Notes under the pieces: model-generated
What the model saw: only the letters and a program-made list of their open reading frames with translations
The model's database searches: none
What the model was told of the DNA's origin: nothing
Assembly (NCBI GenBank): GCA_050084515.1
Contig: CM114271.1
Location: 23,374,001 to 23,438,000, forward strand
From: Blasia pusilla
Lineage: Eukaryota
Reading direction: 5' to 3'
Length of the DNA: 64,000 bases
Made by a program: the position numbers and the translations under genes
In this document: one piece after another, positions 38,067 to 50,475 of the stretch
Position numbering within the stretch: the first letter of the stretch is position 1
Layout of the letters: each line of letters opens with the position of its first letter

Positions 38067-38201
38067 GTGTGATCTCTATGTATATGTATGAGTTGATTTC
38101 TGTACATGTGTGGATCTACCCGTGTGTGGGGAAGATCGGTGTTGTGTGGTGTAGATGTGACCAGCAATGTATGTTGTGTAGCAATATGTATGCGCACGAC
38201 A
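38067..38201 (+). repeat. Short terminal repeat / putative 3' LTR of DNMT-Gypsy
   Basis: Follows the PPT. Its last 40 nt (CAGCAATGTATGTTGT..CGCACGACA) match the end of 7962-8065. MULE sequence resumes immediately after. Confidence 0.55.
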
Positions 38202-41104
38202 TAGTTCAAAATCTTCTGCAGCCTCTAGGTTTCTTTCCTCTGGAACAGGCTCAATCTTCTTTAGCTCCGCTTGTAGACCCACGATCATGGACTTCCCGAG
38301 GAGGCGCAACGCGTCCCAAAATGACCATTCCCCTAGCCAATTGGAGATCACTAGATCTGAAACTTGTGGAGGATGATGTACCACCCGCTTTTGGGCCACA
38401 TTGCCCTCGAGACTGATTTTCATCAGTCGAATTCGCCTAAACTTGGATATCCCAACAGCGCAAACCTATGCACGTGGTCCACAGACACTTTCTCTCCGAT
38501 CCGACCGTGTGGATCTTCGTCTCTCTTCTGCTGGCGCTTGATTATTGCCTTGAGCTCCTTGTAAAACTCTGGGCCAAGTTTGGGGTTGAGAATTGCAATG
38601 TAACGTTGCATCTTGCTTGCAGTGTACTTTGTAGCCACAGATACGGCAGCCTGAATAAACTTTGCACGTTTTGACGCGGACACGTTCTCCCTTCGCTCTA
38701 GTTCCAATGAATCACTCTTCTTGGCGGTCTGGATCTTGGACCAACATAGGATTGTGATGCTGCATCTTGGGAAATGAAGGTATTTGCCTTGGTCTTGTTT
38801 TTTATTTGAGCTCCCTTCGCCAACATCTCATTTAACAGATCGTCGCCCAGGAATCCCTTGTACTCTGCCAGGTGCGTCATAAGCACCTTCTTGATCATGT
38901 TGCAATCTTGGATCCACTGTTGAGTGACGTTCCCCTCGGATAAAATTCTGCAAATCCAAACACAAGGTAAGAATACTGCAACCTATCGGGTTCCTGCAAC
39001 CCGTCGGACTCCGAAGGGTCGCAATTTTGTCAACCCATCGGGGTCCAAATGTTAGCACAGAGATAAGTGTTGCAACCCGTCGGACTCGACGAGTTGCAAT
39101 TATGTCAACCCATTAGGGTCCAAATCGTAACACATAGATAAATGTTGCAACCCGTCGGAGTCCGACGGGTTGCAACACTTATTGCAACACTCTTGAAATT
39201 TTTAGAGAAAATTACAACCCATCGGAGTCTAACGAGTTGCACTCTCTATGCATGACTCTCTGGTCCAACCGATCGGTTCCTCTTATTCCTTTGGTTCCAA
39301 CCCGTTAAACTCCGACGGGTTGTAGAATGACTTCCATTCGGAGATAGGTTTTTTGGATTAAAACTGCCCATATCAACCCGTCGGAGTCTGACGGGTTGCG
39401 CAATGGCCTTGTTAAGCTAGAATTGGATGCCTAAAAGCAAGTTGTTGGACTCTGACCATGTACCTTGGGGGGGAAATGCAACCCGTCGGAGTCCAACGAG
39501 TTGCTTTTGGCCAAAAGTATCCAAAAAATAGAAGACAATCCAACAACTCGTCAGACTCCGACGAGTTGCTTTTAGACGTCCGATGATTTGTTACCCCTCA
39601 TTGTGCAACTTGTTGGAGTCTAACGGATTGAAGAAAAACTAAATCATGCAGTCATTATTCCACCCGTCGATATTCGACTGGTTTCAATATCCCGAATTAA
39701 TCTGGTGTGCTTGGCCACTAGGCAACCCGTCAGACTCCAACGGTTTGCTTGACTATGACCTTGACCACAAACAGGATGGTGGCAAGAGATTCAAATCATT
39801 CATGCCCATCTTTAAGCTTTCCAATTATGCAACCCGTCAGACTCCAACGAGTTGAAGTAATCAAACTTAAGAATGAGGAAACTTACGTATTCATCGCATG
39901 CATTGCCATTTCCACCGTTCCCATATGATGAGGAAATGGATGGAGCACAACTGCCCTCACACAAAAATGTGTCTCCAATGAATTTGGGCGCTCCTCTGCA
40001 AACTACATCCACGCCATATAGCTATGGTTCCCATCCCATATGAAGAAGTAGAAGTTCCGAATCCAGCTAAATTGGGTTCCTTCAATCGCTCTTCTAAACT
40101 TATGATCTCTCATCATTCAGAATGTATGATGAGAGATCATACATTCTGAATGACTCCAAGTCCTCTTCCGTCACCAGAGCTTGGGTTCCATGTTCATCGT
40201 AAGGCTGAACATAGAATAGAGGGAAGTTGTCGATGTAGGATGCAGTCGCTGCGGACTGTTTGAGATTTGCAATGTCCTCCTCCGACTGAATTTTGTGGAT
40301 ATACTCCATTGTCAGCAAATGACAGAGTGGAATTTTTGGGGTATTTTGGCCCTCCATCAGTGCCATCTGCTTAACAACCTGCCACAATGGGGACAAAGTC
40401 AATAAAATATTGTGTTTTGCCAATGAATTGCATAATGAGCCTTCACATAACCCTATTTTTTCTTACCCGCTCAAAGATTGCGTCGATGTCTAGGCCGGCC
40501 AAGTGCTCTGGAACACGAGCTGGCAAGTCCACGGGAAACTCATCGACCAGATAAAGGTCGATTTCTTCCACCGGGCTCAAAGACGATGAAGATTCTTCTC
40601 CTGCTTCTTTAGAGATGTCCACCATCTCCATACATGCTGTCCTCATGACCTCATCATCCGTCACTTGAACTTCGGCCGTTTCTCAGCCGATTTTAGATTC
40701 ATGGTGTCCCTAGACCTCATCGATGACATTTCCTACATCTCAACACTTTGTGTTGGACGGGCAGAGCTTTCTTCAATGGCGATTGCTTTTTCTCTTTGAG
40801 CTTTTGACAATTCTGCTCTCCTGACGGAAGCATCAAGACGCTTCTTCTCACGTTGCTCGTCCGCAACTCTTTTCTTCAAGGCCTTCGATGCCTCAACCTC
40901 AGCGTTTTGCTTTGCGAGCTCCTCCAGAGCACGTTTTGCTAGCACCTCCTGCATGTGCATATGTGCTTCCCTTTCCCACTCCTCCATTTCTTGTTGCCTT
41001 TTCTCATTTGCCAAACGAGGACGTGGAGATGGTGACGCAAGAGTCTTAATGGACTTGGGAGTGATGCTCCCTACTTTGGTTGCTTGTGTTTTCTTTCTCA
41101 TCAT
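38202..41104 (-). pseudogene. 5' half of ParB/MTase cargo gene, copy D
   Basis: MMRKKTQATK.., PKIPLCHL..YIDNFPLFYVQPYD.., FFIWDGNHSYMAW (WDGNHS at 40038-40021), ASKMQRYIAILNPKLGPEFYKELK. Same intron positions as copy B. Confidence 0.75.
38975..39855. repeat. Palindrome array in cargo-gene intron 2 (copy D)
   Basis: Includes perfect TGTTGCAACCCGTCGGA-G-TCCGACGGGTTGCAACA at 39143-39177. Confidence 0.9.
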
Positions 41105-41499
41105 GGTGCACGTTGGGTCAGTTCTTCCTCCTCGACAGTCTCATATGCTCCTGTGCATAACAGATCCCTCAAAGCTTTGATGGAGTCCCTAAACCCAACT
41201 CTTGAAGCGTTTCATGATGAAGCGCCGTGACCCTCGAGCGGATGGGCTTGCCGAAATCTAACCCTCAAAGCATCGGGTGTTGGATTGTCGTAACCTTCCA
41301 GTAAAGGGGTGAATGTAATCGACTTTGGCAGCGGAAAGGTAACCTCAGCTACTGCGAGGAAGAGCACATGAAATCGCAAAATGAAAAACGGAAAGGACCA
41401 AAATCTCAGCCTTTTATACTTTCAAGCCGTTGAGCTGACGGTTGGGTCGTACAAATGGCGACGTGTCGGCCGTTATGGAACTTTGCACGTAGGAACCGG

Positions 41500-42430
41500 G
41501 CAACCCGTCGGAGACCAAAAAGTTGCACGCTTCCCTCATCCTCAGGTAACAAGGAGAGGTACTTAGGAAACCCGTCAGAGACCGATGGGTTGCACGCCTC
41601 CCTCGTTTTGGGGTAACAAGGCAACCCGTTGGAGGCCGACGGGTTGCACGCTTCTCTTGTCTTGGGGTAACCAAGCAAGGTACCCAAAAAACCTGTCCGA
41701 GACGGATAGGTTGCACGCTTCCCTCGTCCTCGGGTAACAAGGCGAAGTACCCAGGCAACCTGTCGGAGACCGACGGGTTCCACGCTTCCCTTGTCTTGGG
41801 GAAACAAGGCGAGGTACTCGCGCAACCCGTCGGAGATTGACGTGTTGCAAGGTTCCCTCATCTTGGGGTAACAAGGTGAGATACCCGGGCAACCCCTCGG
41901 AAACCAATGAGTTACACGCTTCCCTCGTCTTGCGGTAACAAGGCGAGATACCCAGGCAACCCGTCTTAGATCGACAGGTTGCATGCTTCCCTCGTCCTCG
42001 GGAACAAGGCGACAAAGCATAGTCCTGAGGCAATCCATTGACCTCCGATGGGCTACAAAGTCTACCCTGGGTTGGACACTTCCCACCATACGGCAAAATT
42101 GCCCTCACGATTTGCATGGTTCATTGGACAAGAGAAATCAACGTGAGATCCCCCCGCAACTCGGTTACCTCAAAAAGGGAAAGCAAGGTGAGGTGCCTTT
42201 TCAACCCATCGCAGTCCCCAACGGATTGCCGTAGGAAATCCATGCGAGGTCTCGTGGATCCCGACTCCAATTAGACAGGTCACACAGGCTACTACTAACA
42301 ACTGCGTTCAACCCAACGGACTCCGACAGGTTGCAAGTTGCACTCAGAAGATGATACTATGTGGCTTTGCAACCCACGTGTCTTAGTCCCAAAATTTGCA
42401 ACCCGTCGGACTCCGACAGGTTGCAATAGG
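41500..42430. repeat. ~60-bp palindrome-containing minisatellite in the intergenic spacer (copy D)
   Basis: Unit approximately GCAACCCGTCGGAGACCGACGGGTTGCACGCTTCCCTCGTCTTGGGGTAACAAGGCGAGGTACCCAG. Confidence 0.85.
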
Positions 42431-42587
42431 ATTGAATCCATTCCGTCAGACAATCTCACCTACCAAATAGCATCTTGTCAGTCATATTCTGTCAGGAGAA
42501 TAACGGTCACTATTCACTATAAATTAAGCATTCTGATTCTGATTCTTATTCTTATTTTCATTCTCCACCCGGTGGAATAATCCGGGA

Positions 42588-45500
42588 ATGGATAATTATC
42601 TAAAACTCACTTGTGGCAATCATCTAGCGGCCCTTCCTCAATCAAAAATAATTCGACCGCAAGCTCGTGAGTCTTACATGCCAGTGGAAGAAAATTTCCT
42701 CTCAATGCGATTTCTTCTCCAAATTGGAACAATCTTTGTTTCCAAGGATGTTAGGGTGGATGGTACGGAGGACGTTGTAGGTGAGATAGTCTAGCCAGTG
42801 ATATCAAATTGTACAGTATGGAATCTGCTACCTCTCAAAAATGGTCAATACAGAGTTTATGGCTTGCCTCTAAATTCCTCCGTTTCCAAAGTAGACGGTC
42901 CAAAATTTCCTAGTGCACCGAGCTCTACGTTTGCCACTCCCAACTCAATAGATCTAGCATCGACTCCAACTTCACATGTTCCTAACAATGTTGTACTTCC
43001 TAAAGACATTTTGGATGTCGTCAATCTCAGTGGATCCGTTGGACACCAACCGGGCCCTGTGTCTGCCTACTCGTTCCTCTTGCGAGTATCAGGCAATAGT
43101 TTGTTGTCGTCTCTGCCCTTTAAAATGTTCAAGCACATTCTTGTTGACAAGCTGCCGCCCACGTACAATGGTAATTGTATTTTTGAGTTGCCTCTATTTG
43201 CTAGTCCTGCTCAAAAGAAAGATGGAGGACGCTTGAAGGGTCTGATTGTCATCGATGGTGTAGGCTTCAACGGACTAGTGCTTCAATTCCAGATGGTCCT
43301 TGGATTGTTTCTCGCAGCCAATGCGTTGGAGCCCTGGAGTGTAGAAGTCCAGGCTGCCCATATCTAGAGCGCAAGATGGCCCTTTAGATGGCAGTTCATG
43401 GGCCAGGGAGGCAAAGGATCTAGGGCTTATGTCTTCAAAATGTCAACTACATGGCCGTCGAGTGGCCTCGATCTTATAGATCAAATGAGGTAAGGGAAAG
43501 ATCTCTATGGCAGCTAGGTAAGCTTTGATATTTGCTATAGAGTGTTGAATGGATGGTTGACCCTGGGTGCTCACGTTTACGATCATGTGGAGAAGGGACT
43601 CAAAAATATATTTGTCTATGAGATAAAAGCAGAAGACATTGGCAGTTTGAAGATGTGTTTGTTACTCTTATTGGAGGTGGTGAAGGAAAACAAAAGGCCA
43701 CCTCCTGAAATTTATGGATTCATGGTGGAAAATGCACAACATGGGTGGATTGCTATCAAGGAAGTTTTATGGGGTGGAGAGGTTCAACTAGAGAGGGAAA
43801 GGTCGGATGCTTTCCATTGGCAATAGTCTGTGACCCGGTACACCAAATCTTGCATCAAGGAGAATAAGAGGACAGAGCATGTCACTCTACTCCAACGCTG
43901 CAAGGACAACAAAACCTTGAAATAGGCCACGGAGTGCCAAGAAGAACTTCATGGGTGGTGGAGGAAGCATGCGATTGAGGGGAAGTACAAAGAACTGTGC
44001 TCTTGGATTAGTTGGTGGACTGTACAAATGAGACAATGGGGAAACTTCATGCGGCAAGTGAGTTCAGTATTTCGTCCTTTCGAGCTCATGTTGAGAATCG
44101 TTTGAAAAGTTACAGCTCAAGTTGAGAAGCATGGGCACTATAGGGACTTCAAACCGCAGAAACCAAGCAACCCCTCGGATGCGACGGGTTGCTTGAGTGT
44201 GCAACCCATTGGAAACCGACATGTTGCATCAAGAATGTTTGTGCAACCCGTCGGAACTCGACTAGTTGCATGAGTGTCACACCCATCGGAGCGCGATATG
44301 ATGCACTAGGAATGTTTGTGCAACCCGTCGAACCCAAATGGTTGCATGAGTGTGCAACCTGTCGAATCCCAACGGGGTGCAAGTTGCATGTATACAAGGC
44401 CTACAAATAGTTTGACCCGAATGGGTTGCAAGCCACAAGGCTGTGAGTTAACTCGGTCTGCAACCCGTCGGATTTCGATAAGTTGCGTCTGTCTGCAACT
44501 AGTCGGAATCCGACAGGTTGCAGACAGACGCAACCTGTCGGATTCCGACTAGTTGCATCTTTATGCGACTTCTCGCATTCAGACAAGTTGCGGTTGCCTC
44601 CAAGTCCTCGCATCCAGACACGTTGCATCAGTGCAAGTTGACTGCAACCCCTCAAATTCCAATAGTTGCAAAGCTCTGTGTGTGGACACTTCTTGCAAGC
44701 CAACGGAATCCGACGGGTTGCACAAGGATTTTCGAGACCGGACCGACCTGCTTCTCACAACCCGTCCGATTCCCACGGGTTGCAGTAGCAGGTTCCTGGG
44801 TGCTAGGTTGCGGTAAAAGGTTATTGAGACATTCCAGGGATGTTTCCAATTTACAACCCGTTTCAAGTCGGAGGCTGGAAAATCAATGTGCGACTCATCA
44901 GATTCCGATGACTTGCACTTGGATCTTCCAACCCGGAGTGGCCAAAGTTACTTGCAACCCGTCTGAATCCGACGGATGCACTAGGTGGTTCCTGGGTGTT
45001 GCTACACGTCGGAAACCGACGGATTGCAGAGTCATTCATGGTATGCCTCCGACTTGCAACCCGTCTGGTTCCGACAAGTGGCTTTTTTCTTTGGTCATAG
45101 AGCTATTTTCGTTCCCTTCTCTCATTGATGTCGTTGCAGGGATTGAACATTCATGAAAATGCCCTCTGCCCCAACACACGTGGAGCAGAAAGTGTTCATT
45201 CCTCCTCCTCACAAGCATGCCAAAGAATTTCACTTGTGGAGGCATGCCAACAAGACCAGGCAAGAACAATGCTACAGTCTGCAAAATCCCATAACAAAAG
45301 GAAAGGGGCCTTCAATTTACGAGCTCTATGTCAGGGCGGCTGTGAGATCTAGTGACGAGAAACTTTATGTGGAAGCCTTCAATCGGTGCGTAGCAAGAAC
45401 TCCCCTCGAGCAAGATATCCAGATTGGTGGGGATATTTGTGGGCGTGTTTCAAGACGTACCATACAGATGGTAGTAGAGCAGTCCAAGTGAGACTCGTGG

Positions 45501-46616
45501 AGACTAGATAAATATCTTGACTTCAAGCAAATGAAGAGGCAGTATCAAGGAACGAACCCAGTGATTGATTTGGATGAAGAAATTACGCTGCCCAGGTATT
45601 CAGAGACTCCGGATTGCTCCCAAATCCGAGATCCAATAACTTCTCCAAAATCAGTAAATGTTTTATTTCAAAAGCCGTCAGTTGTTGGAAGTTTGCAACA
45701 TACGGTCTTTGGGATAGTTCAACAGTATGGGATTCCGGTCATTGAGGTGGATTGCAACCTCAAAAGGTGGCATATATCTTAGAGCAACCCTGGACGTGGA
45801 TCCACTTGCAGGGCAAGATCTGATGGCATTAGGAGAGCATGCGGCACTTTCCTAAATAAGAACTGTACAAGGACTGGACGACCACTTCCTGGATTTTGGG
45901 GACTCAAAACCTTTGATCGTTTCACGAGGACCGGGGATCAATTGAAGTACTTCTTCTGCCTAGATGAATCCTACGCCTTCCGAAAGTCTTATCCGGCTGC
46001 CATTGGAGCTCTAGGGAATATCCCCACGATTTGGCCCATTGCCGCAAGTACGAATTGCACTTAGGACGAAGTGGACAATCTTACAAGTGTCGGTTTCAAA
46101 CTCATAGACGGGGGAAGTTTGGAGCATGTTCGTATTACAGAGACCTTCGTATTTTGTATTCAATCCGGGTACATGTTGATTGATGTCAACATGTACCCGG
46201 AGAAGGTGGATGATCTCAATCCACTATTTTTGTTTGAGTGTAGAAATGGGGTGAAGAAAAATATAATGTATAGGCCAACGGTGGAGAGAGCAAAGCGAAT
46301 CGCATCAACTCCGGAGGCAAACATGGAAATCATCGCCACAAAAGATGTCGAGAGTGGCAATGGAATAGGAAGGATGTATTGGGTCAGGAACAACACTCTA
46401 AATTCAAGTGTTATAGGGGTGTATGTGGTGCATATTTGTTGCTTTCCCACATGTTCCTGTGATGACTTTGTCCAAAGAGAGACAAGTGGGAAAAGGTATT
46501 TCCCTTGTAAGCACATATACTATGTGTTGCTTGTAGTTTTAAGAGAGTTGGAGGTAGGAGTAAGAATCCACCAACCAATTCTATCCCTCAAAGAAGTGCG
46601 AAGTATGAGGTCTTAG
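42588..46616 (+). pseudogene. MULE transposase with C-terminal SWIM zinc finger, copy D (internal deletion near 43375; intron 44058-45139)
   Basis: Same N-terminus as copy B (MDNYLKLTCG). VSFD, DAFHW, NTRGAESVHSS, and SWIM CSCDDF..PCKH (46452-46514). Stop at 46616. Multiple internal stops. Confidence 0.85.
44165..45075. repeat. Expanded palindrome array in transposase intron (copy D)
   Basis: Many TGCAACCCGTCGG..CCGACGGGTTGCA variants at irregular spacing. Intron is 1082 bp versus 438 bp in copy B. Confidence 0.85.
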
Positions 46617-46959
46617 ATTGTACTTTCATTTGCCAGAACCTTCACTTTGAGCTTGAACTCTATTCAGCCCAGGGCAAATGATAGATTTTTTCCCGACCTT
46701 GGATGGAAAAGTGATTTGTTCCATATTTATGATTCCAATGATTTTTCAAATTTGAAAATTTTGTGCAAATTGCAACCCGTCGGATTCACATGGGTTGCAA
46801 TTCAGAAAATTTTTCCTCTCTTCAACCCAACGGAAACTCTCTTCAAATCACTGGAAACTCTCTTAAAAAAAAGTATCTCTTTGGGTTGAAGGTAGTTTCC
46901 TTTCGCCTCTCTCAACTCTTCCTCTCCTCTTACCGCTCCTCATGACAATACTATAGACT

Positions 46960-47170
46960 ATGGTTTAGATGATAGTGATGTAGTTGGACATGAGGTAAGA
47001 CATGTTATGAATGAGGTTATGCACGAGAGTGTTGGAGAAGAAAACGTTAGAAATTTTGATCCTACTGTTACATATGAGGGGAAAACTATATATAAGTCAA
47101 CACTGGTGAGCCAACTTGTTGGAAATCCTATGCTTTCAAAAGATAGACTATTAAGAGTGAGAAGCTAATT
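46960..47170 (+). pseudogene. Degenerate coding fragment, probably transposon-derived (IYKSTLVSQLVGNPMLSKDRLLRV)
   Basis: Protein-like open frame with no start next to the MULE end. Family not identified. Confidence 0.25.
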
Positions 47171-47999
47171 GACATTTAGTATTCCTAAAGTTCATTTACA
47201 ACCTTCAGATACACCCAACGTCATGCCTAATAGATATTGGTAGTACATAAGTTGTGTTGTTCAAAGAGGAAGCTTTGCAATCTTCTACCTTGAGGACTGC
47301 AACATCTAGATAAAGAGGAAAAAAGATTCAAGGAGTCCCTACAAATTGCATTGAAAGAGGATATACTTAGAAAGCTTGGATAAGTAAAGTTCGAAGTTAA
47401 GGAGAAAAATAGGAAAGTGTTATACAAAAATAAGACATGAAGTATCATTACATAGTAGAGGTAGATCTGAACATGTTGGAGGATCTATAACGGAAAACGA
47501 TGGGATAGAGTGTATGTTTAATTGGTTTACTTATGGTAACAATGTTGTACAATGGATTGAATTAGATATGGTAATTGCTTGTGTTACAATGGAATACAAG
47601 CAAGGAGTGAGAGATGTTTGGATATTAGATCCTCATTATAGAAAAGTTGTAGATGCATTCTTAAAAGACAAGAGAACCTTGAGTCTTTAAAATATTTATG
47701 ACATAAATTACATGAAGCTCGTTGTATATTTCATTGAAATATATTTGTTTGATGTTTAAGTGTATTGTGTGTACTGTTTTTCATTAATATCCAATTGGCT
47801 CATTGAACTATGCTTCTTTGGTATAAATTGTATATGCATGCAAAAGAGGCCGTAGGTTTTTCAAAGATTTTAATAATAGTGAAAGGGTTATTAAAATCCA
47901 TAATTGAAGAAATTATAATAGTGATGCCTCAATTAAAATTTTCAAAAAAAACTAAATAGGGTCCAATTAATTAAAAAAATTTAATAGCGAAGGGTCATT

Positions 48000-48700
48000 T
48001 TAAAGGCATGAGATCACATATGATGTGTTAGACCATCTAGGTGACATCCCAAAGAAATGAAAGAACAAGATGTAGAACAAAGAGATATGGATTTTCTCAA
48101 TTGGTGCATAACCAGAGAATATGGTTTGTAAAGTGAAAAGGGCTAAATAGTTGCTTTGACCTTAACTTCATGTAATCAGGGAAAGAACCAATACTCGGAA
48201 AGATTCCCTGAAGATATGGAAATAGAAAGGGAAATATTCTTGTTTCTATGGTTAGACTCTTATCAGTGAAAGAACCTATTGAGTCTCTTAAGAAAGGTTC
48301 TCTATAATTGGCTTCATTTCTGAAAAATAGGCAACTATCATGAAATCTATCAAAAGCATTACTCCTGCAAACGGGTAGGGAATAAGTCACATCTTGTAAC
48401 AAATTAAGTTCTGGTTTGTAGGGACCATAGGACATGCTATGTGTTACTTGGCCTTTATTTTTTAATGATTAAATTAAGAATACTATTGACTGCAGTAGAA
48501 GGTAGAACAACAAGGCCAAAAGATGGATTTGGTAGCTCAAGTAAGCACTTATAACCCTTGTAAAGCCCGTTTATCTCTAGACTTATGGCCGTGATCTTTG
48601 TCAAACCTATGATGGTGGTTTTCATATTACTCATACTAGCAGAGTCTAAGTTCCATGCTATTAGAGGGGAGTCTATAAGCAATGTTGAATTGAAAAATCA
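48000..48700 (-). pseudogene. Possible Helitron Rep-like relic
   Basis: ETRIFPFLFPYLQG resembles the E..FPxLFPxGxG motif of the Helitron Rep N-terminal region. No HUH or helicase motifs seen. Confidence 0.25.
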
Positions 48701-50382
48701 CTCGTGGAAGCCGTTATATTTTTGAATAATGCTAATACGGGGATCAACTATCAATAGTAGTTCAAGATGATGGGGATTAACGACTAGAATCTGCCTAATA
48801 TAAGAGGGTGTCATGTGGACATTGTGTGATGTTATTGGTTCTATAGTGGTACAAAGATCACAAGGATAAAGCTCACGTGCTCTCAGTATAATATAATGTG
48901 TGAGAAAACTGTTACATTAGGCATACGGTCGATACTGAGATATAGAGATTGTGGACATCTGGTCCTTTAGAGTAGAGTACTTTACGGTTCCAAAATAACC
49001 ACAACATTGCATGTGTGAAAGGATGGATGAACACGTCAACTCCCACTTGGAGAGTACAACAAATGGCCAATGATAGGCAACAGGTTTGCAAGCTAACCTA
49101 TTAGCCAAGGTGTGCCTATTGCAAGATCTTTGCCTAAAAATATGCAGGCAAGATTTTCTAAGGGCCAAGAAAGTTATTCTTCTCTTTGAAATTGTGCGAG
49201 TAGAAGAAGAAGTATTCCGTGCGCACAAAAATAGTCAAACTCTCATGTCTAACCTTTGTAATGTTTCATTGAAAAAATGATGGGAGCAAGCATGTTGGTC
49301 ATCCATTGTATGGCTGTGACTAATGTGTTGATAAGATATAGTGTCAAATATACGGGCTAGGAGACAAGTTGAATAAGAAATGAGATTTACTGTGTATGAA
49401 GGGAATGTGTAGATTGTACAATCAGCATGAAGAGTGCAATATGTAGATATAAAAAGAGCAATAGTAGGTAGCTAAAAGTGTGGAACATCAATCACATGTG
49501 TATGAAAAGTACTTGGCTTAGTTGTAGTTGGTAGGGGATGATTAGTGATCAAGAGATGCTCAGACATTTGAGGAAGAAAATACATAAATTTGTGTGAAGT
49601 ATGCACGTAGTGACCTATTGCTCTAGTAAGGAGTAGCACTTAAAATTCACAACATGAAAATAATAACAAGTGAAAAGTAATTTATCTTTCATGATGTGTG
49701 GCCGATAATAAGATAACAAGAAGAAAATTGTAGGGAGAGGATACTATGCATCAGAAGCACTCAACGATTTAAAAGTGTCAGAATAAATGGTAAACGTGAA
49801 GGCAATCCTGGAATAATTTTTTTCTTCACGATTAATAAGAAGTGATAGTTAATGCACGTGAACATTGGTGAATATCTTCCAAAGAGTACCAAAGGGTGAT
49901 TACTTTTAGGTGGATTGGTTTGATGTGAAAGTTATCACCTTTGGTTGAACTTTAGAAGAACAATTAAATTAGTTGTGTGTTTTGGATTCAAGAAACTACA
50001 TAGCTAAAATAAAGAGAAGATTTTCTCCTATAAAAGATGGCAAAAACTATATCCAAGACACATATCGAGACAACCCCAAACCCAACGTTTTAGTGTCTAT
50101 TAGCGGCTGCATGCCATAGAAAAAGCTCGGGTGGGCAAAAATACTGGATTGAATTGGTAAATGGGAAACTCACGGAGAAAGAGCAAGGCCACACTCGGGA
50201 TTGGATGGATTGAATAGTCTAAATGCTCTCTAGACCGCATGACTACAAGGCGCAAACTATTGCTTTGATCTCTCTCACAAAACCACAATTGGGGAGAAAA
50301 GCAAGAGGCAAAAATAAGCCAAGGACCCTAAACATCCTCCCATCCCATCTCATTGACAGTTCAGACCAACAAAGATAGAGTA

Positions 50383-50472
<90 letters not shown>
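50383..50472. repeat. (GT)n(GA)n compound microsatellite
   Basis: Seen directly. Confidence 0.95.

Positions 50473-50475
<3 letters not shown>

Larger units (their letters stand above)
23350..38201 (+). mobile_element. DNMT- and PHD-bearing Ty3/Gypsy element (5' part deleted; interrupted at 24114-34813 by another Gypsy)
   Basis: The sequence on both sides of the ATAGG TSD is one interrupted locus: DNMT, then RT-RH-IN-PHD (35200-37990), PPT AACTAGGGGGCCGG (~38051-38064) and a short terminal repeat 38067-38201. Confidence 0.8.
38202..46951 (+). mobile_element. MULE-MTase element copy D (diverged; 5' half of cargo gene, transposase with SWIM, right end)
   Basis: Co-linear with copy B from ~15940 onward. 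Ends in CTCTTCCTCTCCTCTTACCGCTCCTCATGACAATAC, an imperfect inverted copy of the left terminus. Confidence 0.85.

Noticed and set aside
44165-45075. CRISPR-like look of palindromic repeats with spacers (also 18955-19670, 41500-42430)
   Set aside because: Repeats are degenerate and irregularly spaced, spacers in the intergenic arrays are homologous to each other, arrays lie in spliceosomal introns or promoter DNA, and no cas genes are present.
9090-46970. Target-site duplication around the MULE C+D unit
   Set aside because: Left flank (GATAACAATA) and right flank (TATAGACTATGG) do not match, so no TSD can be claimed.
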